The notes beneath the pieces were generated by a model that made no database searches, was not told where the DNA came from, and was given only the letters and a program-made list of their open reading frames with translations. A DNA stretch of 62,986 bases, counting the filler, from Pelomyxa schiedti (taxonomy: Eukaryota > Protista > Evosea), in NCBI GenBank assembly GCA_020536535.1. It is 12 parts of 12 records of this genome, joined end to end, with 100 filler letters (N's around TTAATTAATTAA, not from the genome) between each part and the next. Parts side by side here need not be neighbours in the genome. Positions count along the whole stretch, not along the records: positions 11,225 to 12,628 come from JAHLWZ010002533.1; positions 12,729 to 14,394 come from JAHLWZ010002350.1; positions 14,495 to 29,167 come from JAHLWZ010000109.1; 9 more parts are not named here. The stretch is one strand, 5' to 3'. This document shows positions 12,078 to 23,116 of the stretch, piece after piece (the stretch's first letter is position 1; every line of letters begins with the position of its first letter). Both the position numbers and the translations under genes were made by a program.

Positions 12078-12386
12078 GTTTCCCCCTTCGCCCGGGGGAT
12101 CCGCGTCCTCCCACACACCTCCTCTCGTTCCCTCTTTGGGGTTTGTGGATCTTGGTTCCCTGGCCCGGGAGCCCCGGATCTGCTGTCTGTTGGGACAACT
12201 CAAATGAACCAGTCTGGGCATGTTTCCCCCTTGGCCCGGGGGATTCACGTTCCCCTCTTGTTCTTTTGGGGGGGGGTGCCTTGTGGGATTCCTGAGCCTC
12301 ATGGCCAGGGGGCTCAGAATCCCACTCGGCCCCCCTTGCGGTGTGTGGGATATTTGGGCTTGTGGCCACAGGCCCAAATATCCCAC
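12078..12386. repeat. Array of five GC-rich hairpins with ~70-bp period
   Basis: Stem-loops centred on T(G/C)GCC at ~12088, 12162, 12233, 12303 and 12364. Confidence 0.75.
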
Positions 12387-12417
12387 TCCGGTTGTCCTTC
12401 TCGGTTCAATTCCAATC

Positions 12418-12489
12418 GTGCCAGTGGTGAAACGGTTATCATCACAGCTCTTGAAGCTGTTGTTCCGGGTTCAATTCCCGGCTGACACT
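12418..12489 (+). tRNA. tRNA-Gln(UUG), with a C4:A69 mismatch and C33 (variant or pseudogene)
   Basis: 72-nt cloverleaf: acceptor GTGCCAG/CTGACAC, D stem GTGA/TCAT, anticodon stem ACAGC/GCTGT with TTG at 12451-12453, T arm CCGGG-TTCAATT-CCCGG. Confidence 0.85.
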
Positions 12490-12728
12490 TATACCTTTCT
12501 TTCTATCCAGTGTCTGTTTATACTTTCCTATTCCTGCAGGTTTGAAACAATCTTATAGGCAAACTGATTCATATTACTTTGTTACGGATTCATACTTGCT
12601 CTGGAATAACTTCCTACAGATGAATAGTNNNNNNNNNNNNNNNNNNNNNNNNNNNNNNNNNNNNNNNNNNNNTTAATTAATTAANNNNNNNNNNNNNNNN
12701 NNNNNNNNNNNNNNNNNNNNNNNNNNNN

Positions 12729-13170
12729 CCTTATTTCCCAGGTTACTACCTGGGAATCAAATGCCTCAGATCACTTCCCAATCTTGCTGACAATCACCAC
12801 AAGAATCAAGACCGAATGGAACAAGGACAGACCCCCAAGATGGACTTTCGAAAACCCAGCATACAAGTTGTCCTGAGAATCCTTCCAGAAAGCCTCCCTG
12901 ACAATCCAGTGGCATGCTGGAAGACCTACAAGAAGCTACTAACCAAAGCTGCATGGCAAACAATGAACAACCACAACAACACACAGCAGGACACTCTCTC
13001 CGCATTGCTTAAGTTGCAGAAAGCATCTGTAACAGAAGCCTTGACCATCATTGAAAGAAACAAGGAGGTAGCAGATCTGTTCGACTACTACCCTCCAAGC
13101 CCAGACCAAATACAAGAGGCAATCACATGGGTTAAAACCCAATTAGACATCAAAATCCCCACAACAGTCC
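12729..13170 (+). mobile_element. Non-LTR retrotransposon ORF2 fragment (APE endonuclease C-terminus and linker), frameshifted
   Basis: ASDHFPILLTI...PRWTF at ~12763-12850, then CWKTYKKLL in another frame, the L1/TRE-like order. Confidence 0.65.
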
Positions 13171-14394
13171 CTGCCGTTGCTGTGTTTGATGAGAATGTGC
13201 CCACCTTGTGGGGTGCATGTGATTTATGAAGATGCCCAAACAATCTCCCTGAACTGTCGAGCCCCTCGTGAGAAAAGGGTCAAATGTCATTTTACTGTGA
13301 AACCGTCAGTCCGGTTACAGATAGGGGAAAAAAAAACGCGTGTTCCCAGGTTCGATCCAACAGCCCAAGACAGAAAAAAGACTTGTTCCCCCCCACTGCT
13401 CACTCTAATTCTTTAAACCCTTCAGGGCCAGTTGGCGAAATGAGTGCCACCAGGTTTTAATCGCCAATGTTCGTGAGCTGTCATGAAAATCTTCGAAAAC
13501 TCTCGTGCTGAGGGAATTGAGGCCTAAGACTGACTGAAATGATCTGTTAGGTGAAGAATGGTTTTTTTCTTCTTCAACTGTTGCAAATCTCACACCACCA
13601 GCTTTTGGCTCACACGACTGTACTTGTGCTTGTGGTCACAACAGGCCACGTCATGACCCACAGTTCGGTGGTCCTGGTGCTCAATCCAGGAAACAGCTTA
13701 ATTCCCCAAACCAAGTGGTGCCATGCTGTCAGAACACTTCAGCATGTGGGAGTGAGTTGGAGTTTGGAAATGAAAAGCACGTTGAACACAGCAAAAAAAA
13801 GTGTGCATGAATTGACTGAAGGTGTGCTCAGGGCAGCTGCTCATTGGTCATATCTCCAGCTGAAAGCAGCTGAAAAAAAGCTGTTGTTTCATTCTTGTGT
13901 CACTGAAGAGCAGAGTTTATTTTCTGAGTTGTTGCATAAAATGTATGGTCTTGCTTCACCAGAGAAGAGATTACCCCTTATGGAATTCCAATTTCCCCCA
14001 CCAAAACATACAGTTCCTATTGCTGTGTTGGTACCAATAGCTCCACCACCTCTAAGAGATGATGACATACAACTCCTACCAACATGTGCTGTTCAAGAAG
14101 GACCTCAAACTCCACCTTCTGTGACAACCACAACAACTTCAGTGCTAAAACCACCAAAAAAGGGTAGGTACAACAGTTTTTTTTTTGTTTTAACTGGTGA
14201 CATTACAAGCTGCACTGCATCTCACTGACACAGACCTACAGCTTGCAGGAAAGTCATCTGCAAATGCACAAAGGACTGGGCTGCAAAAACTGGAAACATG
14301 GAAACAACAAAAACAGCAGTGGCTTCTATCAAAGAAAAGCAAGCACAAGCTGTTCCTCAGCAACAGCCACGCAAACGCAGACCTTCAGCTTCAC
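13171..14394 (+). mobile_element. Diverged relative of the Sola-like TIR followed by an inward-reading Cys/His-containing ORF region
   Basis: 13171-13358 aligns by eye with 54648-54832 (GTGATTTATGAAGA, GAGAAAAGG, TTTTACTGTGAAA, CAGTCCGG). Confidence 0.7.
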
Positions 14395-14494
14395 NNNNNN
14401 NNNNNNNNNNNNNNNNNNNNNNNNNNNNNNNNNNNNNNTTAATTAATTAANNNNNNNNNNNNNNNNNNNNNNNNNNNNNNNNNNNNNNNNNNNN

Positions 14495-15220
14495 CGTAAT
14501 GTACAAATACCGCAAGTATAATGTATGCAAACACTCTCTCACTCTCTCTACCCAACCGCGCCCACCCTCGTATTTTTTTCTTTCTTTTCCCCCCGCTGAT
14601 GTACAGGAAAGATGAAGGTAATTGTGGGACGTAGGTGGCGTGTAGCTGCCGACGTTTCTCCTTCGGAAATTGCGAAGCAAGTACTGTCAGGAAGCTGGCT
14701 CAAATTTGGCTCCTTTGAAAGTACTAATATCGTGTTGCCATAATTTTTTTTTTTTGGGAGAGCTATAAAACGTTATTGACGCATTTATTCTAGGTGCCAC
14801 TTGTCCAAAATGTTGCCCTAAGGGTGCACCACCACTGGAAATCAAGCTTCTTTCCCTGCCTGATATTGAAGTTAGTGATAGGGCTAGTGACCCATGTGTC
14901 ACTGACACACTGCTTTTTGAATTGACAACTCGTTGCACGTCAACGAGGTTAGTAGCACTCACTAGGTATCTTATGTTTCTTGAATTCATGAATTATAGGG
15001 AACACCTAAGGGCTCAAATAGTTTTTGTTGTCACAGGGATTAAAGATATTCCCCCTTTGGTATCAAGACCAATAGCTTTAAGAGCGAGAAACCACAAACC
15101 ATCAAGGAATGTAACCAACAAACCAAAGGCCACACCAGCACCCAACAAACCCTCTTCATATCCAACTCGTTGCTCACCTGTACAGTCACCCTCTCCACTA
15201 CCCTTGTGCAGCAGCCCGCC
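14495..15220 (+). CDS. CudA-like transcription factor, partial second copy
   Basis: Near-identical to 23242-23989. Confidence 0.6.
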
Positions 15221-15320
15221 NNNNNNNNNNNNNNNNNNNNNNNNNNNNNNNNNNNNNNNNNNNNNNNNNNNNNNNNNNNNNNNNNNNNNNNNNNNNNNNN
15301 NNNNNNNNNNNNNNNNNNNN

Positions 15321-16330
15321 AAGAATTGCGAACTCCAATGGTGATGGCGGTTGCATCAGGACAAAGGCAAGTGGCGAGGGTGATGGTCAGGCACGGTGGT
15401 GTTCTCCCTCTCGCGTTTTGCAACAGGATTGGTGACTCTGCTTTCTCTCTCGCGTCTTTCATTGATGGTTTGAAGTTCCCAATTTTACAGCCAGTTAATC
15501 TGACTGAGTAATTTACAGGAAGTTGGGACCAACATGTTGCCATGAACAAGAATTTCCGGGAATCACTCCCTGCAGCGAAGTGGAACTCTGAACTTCGGGG
15601 ATCCATGCCTGCCTTTGAGCTTCCTTTCATTTCATCACAAATTGAATTCACACCTGCCGCACAAATCCAGTATGTATTTGCTCGACTTTCATGATACTCA
15701 CATAAAGCACAGAGTGGACATGTCATTGACACAGCTGATGATTAAATTTAACACTGAAATAACTGGTGTGATGGAGATTCTGGACATTCAATCACTTGGT
15801 CGTGTGCAACAGACTTCCCGGTTTTGGTATCCCTTACCTCTCCGTCAGGCATAATATGTAGCTCACTTTTTTTTTCCCGGTGCAGGTATCAGTGCGGAAG
15901 AACAAACGATCTTTGGAGGGTGTGCTTTTCCCAAATGTTTTTTTTTAGGTTTTCTCACACGCAATTAAGAGAGCCCTTTTCAACTCGAGTAGACAATGGA
16001 GCCAGACAGCGAGGCAGAAAGTGGACAAATGCCTCGCATCACTGCCTGAGGCCACAACAAAGGTACTTCCTAAACAAAACCGAAAACCTCACTAAAACCG
16101 CCCAACACAGTGGAAGCATGTTTGCTTCTTCTGGACATCCAAAAACATGTGCACCAAGTGCCGCAAGGTCTACCGCAACCGCGACCCCGTCACTTTAACA
16201 ACGACAAAAGGAACAAAAGCAACGCCGACTGCAACTCCGCAGGTTCGTAGGCACGTTCACAACCCCCGCAATGTCAGATTCTTCTCTGGTTCCACTCTGT
16301 TGTACGACATTCTCCAATCACCCTGATTTG
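15321..16330 (+). CDS. 3' part of a paralogous ankyrin/F-box-like gene
   Basis: High identity to 17541-18520, diverging toward the 3' end. Confidence 0.65.
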
Positions 16331-16331
16331 A

Positions 16332-18520
16332 TTGATGGCTATCAAGTTAACGGATCGATTGGTTCATGGAAACCATGAGGGTTCTTTTCTTTCGTTCGTC
16401 GACCTCGCAACGCTGCGTGTGGCGGTGACTGGTTTATGGGACAGGGCAGTTCGGAACAACATCTGGCCACGTTGTCCGCGGACCTCGGCGATCACCAGGC
16501 GCGGGCCGCGAAGTACCTCACCCTCCAGAAGCACCTGCTGTCCCTCGCCCACAAGCACAAGCGTCGCCTGGTGCGGGCCGCGGTCTCGGGCCACGCCGAC
16601 GAGGTCGCCCGCCTCGCCGCCGCCACGGCGCCCGGCCACGAGCTCGACAAGTGCAACCACATCAAGTGGGACCACGAGAGCCCCCTGGGCCCCCGCGTTT
16701 ACAACACGCAGTGGTACAGCGTCGTGGAGCTGTGCGCGGTGCTGGGGCACGTCGAGGAGATGGACGCGGTGCTCGCGGCGTGGGTGCCCAGGGGCCTCGT
16801 GGGGGGCGAGCTGGCCACGGACGGCGGGCCCGCCTCCGAGGTTCTCATCAGTGGCGTGACCGGTCACTTTGTTCGGACACCGTTGGTGCTGGCGGCTATT
16901 AATGGGCACGCGGAGTGTGTGAGGAGGCTTATGGGACGCTGGGGCGCCGGCGCCGGGAAGAACTTGGCGGGGTTTTACACGCGGCTGGAACTAGGCGAGT
17001 ACCATTCGGTCGAGGCCAATATTTTGCACCTGGCTGTGAGCCACTGCGATCTGGCCTGCATTGATGCGATAATGTCGGAAGCGGACGAGGCAAAGAGGGT
17101 GCTACTTGTGGGAATGGAGGCCGGTGGCGCCACGGCTCTGGAAATGGCACTGAAGAGTTCGTGCAATGGGCTTTCCGAGGCTCTGGCAAATCCAAAATGG
17201 GGTGAGAGCGTGATCCAAGCAATGGACTCCAGATTTCCAATTTTGTATTACTCTAAGCACGGATATTACAACGAAGATACTCTCAATCACCTCTGCATGG
17301 TGTTTAGCCGTGGCTTGGCTGCTGCATATTTGCGTAGCTCAAACAGTCAGTCGAGATACATCATTGCAAAACACCCCAAGTTCGCACAGTCAATCGATGA
17401 AATTTTGCCAAAGACAGGAGACACTGCGTTGTACAAGGCAACAATCAAGGGTGACACCAAGACGGCTTTGGAAGCTCTTTCACTTGGCGCGAATCCAAAC
17501 ATTCAGTGCAGAAGAAACCCAAAGTGGGGTGACTATCCAGAAGAATTGCGAACTCCAATTGTGATGGCAGTCGCATCAGGACAAAGGAGTGTAGTAAGAG
17601 AGATGGCCAGGCACGGTGGTGTTCTCCCCCTCGCGTATTGCAACAGGATTGGTGACTCTGCGTTCTCTCTCGCTTCTTTCATTGATGGTTTGAAGTTCCC
17701 AATTTTACAGCCAGTTAATCTGACTGAGTAATTTACAGGAAGTTGGGACCAACATGTTGCCATGAACAAGAATTTCCGGGAATCACTCCCTGCAGCCAAG
17801 TGGAATTCTGAACTTCGGGGATCCATGCCTGCCTTTGAGCTTCCTTTCATTTCATCACAAATTGAATTCACACCTGCCGCACAAATCCAGTATGTATTTG
17901 CTCGACTTTCATGACACTCACATAAAGCACAGAGTGGACATGTCATTGACACAATTGATGGTTCAATTCAACATAGAAATCACCGGAGTGATGGAGTTGC
18001 TTGACATTCAATCTCTCGGCCGTGTTCAGCAGACTTCCCGGTTTTGGTATTCCTTCCCTCTTTCTTTCCGGAAACACACACTAATCTCTTTGGTTTGGGT
18101 GCGCAGGTATCAGTGCGGAAGAGCAAACGACCTTTGGAGGGTGTGTGTTTTCCCCATTTTTTTTTTGGGTTTCCTCTGATATTCAATTTAAGAGAGCCCT
18201 TTTCAATTCGAGCCGAGAATGGACCAAGGCAGAGAGAGACAAAGTGGACAAATGCCTTGAATTACTTCCTGAGGCCACAACCAAGGTACTTCCTGACAAC
18301 CACAACCAACAACTCACAAAAAACCTACAACACAGTGGAAGCATGTTTGTTTCTTCTGGACATCCAAAAACATGTGCACCAAATGCCGGCAGGTCTACCG
18401 CAACCGCGACCCCGTCCCACAAGTAACGAAAAGTGCAATGCCCACGACAAGCCTAATGGGTCGGCACGTTCACCACCCCCTCAATGCCAGATTCTTCTCT
18501 GGTGCCACCCTGCTGTATGA
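16332..18520 (+). CDS. Ankyrin-repeat protein with F-box-like segment and Cys-rich C-terminus (multi-exon)
   Basis: TPLVLAAINGHAECVRRL, GDTALYKA, TPIVMAVASG; LDIQSLGRVQQTSRFW is F-box-like; boundaries approximate. Confidence 0.75.
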
Positions 18521-18797
18521 GATTCTCCAAACACATTGAAAGTACTCTGTCTTTTTGGTTAACCAGAAACGCCACACACATGTGTGCTTGCCCCATCAAA
18601 CCGGAATTTGATCCGGCAATTCGTACTTCGTGGAAAACGAAAAACCACAGAATTCAAAATCAACAGGTGAACTGAGAATGAAGCTGCACATCACGGGTAG
18701 GGCACCGATGTGCGATGGGTTACGTCCACTGTGCCGCAGATCCACTTCCGGATCTCACACTCGCACTCACACTCATCAGCGCCGTCACGGTGTGACA

Positions 18798-21244
18798 ATG
18801 CCAACGTGTAACTAACCACCTTTTTTTTTTTTTTTCTCCCTTGGTGCTGTTGACACAATGGGAAGTTGTTGGCGCTGAGAACTTGTTTTTGGCACAGCGG
18901 TCTGTGTGTCAGGTGTTCTTACTAGACGAGAGCGGCCAACAAATTGGAAAAATGTTTTCTACTTTTCTTTTTACTTTTGACATGGGGCTTATCCTCATTT
19001 TCATTCCCAAGGTTTTCGACTGCTGAGTGGCCAACGTCGAAGACGCCCGTTTTATGGAACCATGAAATCACTATGTATCATTCACAGACATAAGGGGTAC
19101 TTACGTTGTATTTAGCGAAGATCCAGTTTTTCATGGTATAAGGTTCACTGTGTGGGCAAAGCGGACCTTGCATGCCCACCGATTTCAAGGGCAAGTGACA
19201 CTGAAAGTTGTTCTACAGTATTGAGTTTTTTTTCTCTAAACACGCTAGGTTAATCACTTCTGTTTCATGAGAACCAATTTAATAGGTATCCATCAGTATG
19301 TACAATATCCTTGACTCACTTCTCTAAGACGAAAATTTTGAGCTTCGTCCTACTCGAGAGCAGGTGGATTTCCAATCACCAACAACATATTAACATTGGT
19401 ACGTAGACAGCAGCTTGTGGCCACCTTCATGTCAAATTGTATATTGAAGACCGCAGGCCAAATTCCCCTTATCCTCCTCCCCCTACAACAGGAGGTACAG
19501 CGAATGGTACTTGTTCTTACCACTTGTCACTGAATAACATGATTCCTCAGGTCTTTTGAGTAATTGGAGGCACACCAGTACTTTTATGGAAAGAAGGAAT
19601 CACTTTGACGTGCAGAATAGTGACATTTGGACTGATGCTACTATTGAATCATTTGATGAAGGTAGATAAAGATATAGGCAAATAAAATGACAGCAATTAG
19701 TTGTTTCCTATGTTCCCCCTTCTGGCTTCCAACACGGACCGTGGGACAAGAATGGAGGGTAAAATCTCCTTTGTACATCGTGTCGCACCCAACTCCCAAA
19801 AGATTTTGCATTGATAACCTCCCAGCTGCTTGGAAAAGATTATTTAAATCTGTTGGCCTAAAACCCTCTGGTATTGTTTACCATCTAACCACTGGTACTT
19901 ACCTTCCGTAAGAATTGAGGGACCCAGGAACTGCAAGGGATACTTTTGAAATTCTTGCCAGTTTTTATGTTTGTCCCTTCCTCACTCCTTAAAAATCTAA
20001 ATACAGCATTTTACAGCCTACTGTCATTAAAGAAGTTCAAACCATAAGTGATTTTACCCCAAGTATGCTTGAAACAACATCGAAGTACTCACTTCTCCTC
20101 AGCTGCCCCGAAAGTCCAAGGACTACCAACACTGAAGTTCGAAAAAGGGCAAAATTTTACCGTTTTGAACACGCTAACTGCTGGCTGGCTCTATGTGCAA
20201 CCAAGCCAGGGTGGGCCTACTGGAGTCATTCCAGAGACCTATGTACACCAGATCACGTATCAAAGAGAAGAGGTACGTGACAGCAAAGGAATTTCGTTCT
20301 AAAATCCATGCACAGGATATTGAAACTCGCGCAGCGCCGTCTGAAGGCTCTGCAGTGCAAGAAACTATCCTTCAGCGTCGTCGCACAAGGGATTTTGGAG
20401 CAGAGTCGCCGATGTCCCTTCGCACAAGTCTAACGGCTTCGTGGAGCTCTCCCTACGAATCTGAAGAACCCGAGAGAAAGGCTCTAAGTCAACAAAGCAC
20501 ATCAGGCATGAAATTTATCACCTTGAGGGGTGAGGTACCGCCCTCTAAATTGCATACTGGTTCACAAGAGCCATCAAAACCACCGGCTACAGAAACGAAC
20601 TCAACACCCGAAAGCTCCAACACAAAGAAACCAGCACCACCGCCACCAACAACACCCCATCCCGCTTTACCTCCATCCGCATCAAACCGCAAGCGATCCC
20701 CATCACCGACACCATCTTCTCCCCTTACAACACCGGAAAGTACAGCCACCGCCATCGTCTCACAAACCACAACCTCCACAACGGTTCGAGCTAAGTCTCC
20801 GGAATCTTCCGCCGACGCGAATCCCACGCCACCCGCACTTCCCCCCAGACCCACACAGTCTCCTCCACTTTCAGCAGCGAAGCCAACACCAGAGGTGGTG
20901 GAGACACCACCTCCCCCACAGCCACAGGTGGCACCCCCACCCCCGCCACCTCCTCCGCCGCCACCGGCTTCTACTGGAACACCTCCAGCGCAGCCGTGGA
21001 AGATACTGAAGAAGAAAATACAAAACGAAGACATAGGCAAACCAACCACCGGTACCGGCTCAGTTGAAGACGCCCTCCGCGCGTATGCATTCTTCCCTCT
21101 GATGTTTAACCACCACCACCCCCAAAAACAATTCTAAGCCCACAACATATATAATCCAGGATGATACTCGGGCGGAGACCAGCCATCACGCAGTCATTTG
21201 TCCACAGCCGAGACGATCCCGATGACTGGTCCGATGGTGAATGA
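18798..21244 (+). CDS. WASP-like actin nucleation factor (WH1-like, GBD, SH3, polyproline, acidic-Trp tail)
   Basis: NLPAAWKRLFKSVGLKPS..ELRDPGT (GBD); SH3 LKFEKGQ..GWLY..GVIPETYV; polyPro; ends DDPDDWSDGE*; start approximate. Confidence 0.75.
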
Positions 21245-21460
21245 GCCAACTACTGGCCATTCCACTCTCTGTGCACACCATTGATTACCTATCTTCTTCA
21301 GTCTATTTATTACACCTACGGTAGTAATGATATCAGCACTTACACTAACACCGGCGAGTGCACATGTCCCCATGTCTGGGGTTTCCGCTAACACATCAAA
21401 CGAAAGCTCCATCACAAAATCGATCCACACAACAAGAAAACCACACACCAACACGCGGAC

Positions 21461-22829
21461 ATGAGGGCGACGACATTGTTGGCGTTGGTTTGTTTGGTTG
21501 GGGCAGTTATGGGAGGGAGATTGTGGCTGGGTGACAATGAGCCGCAGCGTGCATACACACCACGGCCTCCTGCTCCGAAGTACACTCAAAGTTCCCCCTT
21601 TGTGTCATCAATTGTCCAATACACTCTCAGTTGCTTTTCCTTGTTGATGGTGCTTGTTATCTTTTTAATTGTAAATAACAAGCAATTTTTTTTTTCTCTG
21701 TTTTTGTAGGGCACTTCCGAGTGGTTGGGACTGGCGAAATGTGAATGGGATGAACTATCTATCGCCGATAAGGAACCAGGTGTGTGTCTGTTTAATCTGT
21801 AACTATAATTATCTGTGAGCTCAACTTACCTTAAGCACATCCCGTCTCATTGCGGGTCCTGCTGGGCTCATGCAGTCACATCCTGCCTCAATGACAGGTT
21901 CCGGATTCTTGACACCAAGTAGATTCCATTCCATTTTTTAGTCGCTGTCCGGAGTTCTCACATGAAAAGATATTTCGGATTGAACCTTTCTCCCCAGCAG
22001 CTTCTGGATTGCTCAAATAACTCCTCGTGCATCATCGGCTATCCTGGAAACTGTCACGAGTATGCGTACACCAAGGGTTTGGTTGACGAGAGCTGCAAGC
22101 CCTATAGAGGAGTCAAAGAGGGTTGCCTAACCGAGTGTTACGATTGCTTCAGCTGGGACAGTCAGTGGTACACCATTCCAGAATCTTTTTTTGCAACTTC
22201 CTAATTGACTTCAGCGGTCCTGTACCAGAACAATACGTTCAGCGGTATTATATCTCAGCCTATGGTTCCTACGACAAAATCAGGAACCCGAGCATGATTG
22301 ACGACATGAAAACTGAGGTAATTCCCCTTGCCATAAATATAGGAAAACAATTACTTAAACACGCAAAGATTATGACGAACGGGCCTGTAGTAGCCGAGAT
22401 AGCCACACCCGATCAATTCTACACATGGCACTCTTCAGATATATTTAATATCACCGGCAAATTCAATGAATACGACCACGCTAGTAATTGCACCCTCCCA
22501 TAATCACCTTCCCTCTCAAACCCAGTTCACAGTCTCCATCTTTGGCTGGGGCCACGACTCGGCCTCGAATTTAGACTACTGGCTTATCCGAAATTCATGG
22601 GGTATCTTCTTTTTTTGCCCCCAACTACCAACAAACACCCCCAATTGTCCAAGAATACATAAACTGTATCACACAACACACACTTACACTTACCACAGGA
22701 ACTGGATGGGGAGACCCCACAGCACCTGGCACAATCAAGATACAGATGGGATCGGACATCATTGGCATAGAGTCCTACATCTGGTGGGCCATCCCCGACC
22801 TCACTCGTTCCAGCTACCCAAAGTACTAG
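21461..22829 (+). CDS. Papain-family (C1A) cysteine protease, cathepsin X/Z-like, secreted
   Basis: Signal peptide; WDWRN; [14 protein letters not shown]; LSPQQLLDC; DHA/VSIFGWG; RNSWG. Confidence 0.9.
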
Positions 22830-23116
22830 TGCAGTCATATCACCCCCACCAAAGAAATACAAGTTGCAAACAAGACAGCGTTGTTATGCTGACAGAGCGC
22901 GGGGAGTTGTTGCAATCACGAAATAGAGAGGATGTAGAGCACCTTTTTGTTTCTGTGATGGGAAATGGGTGCTTAATCAGGTGGGAGTGGTGTGGTGTGG
23001 GTTGTTGAGAGATGCTGATTTCATTTGTGCTGTGACGTTTGGGTTCTGTCGGTACAGATTCTTCATTTTGGGAAAAAGAACAGCACCGCCAAACTCGGAA
23101 GATCGGACACACACGC

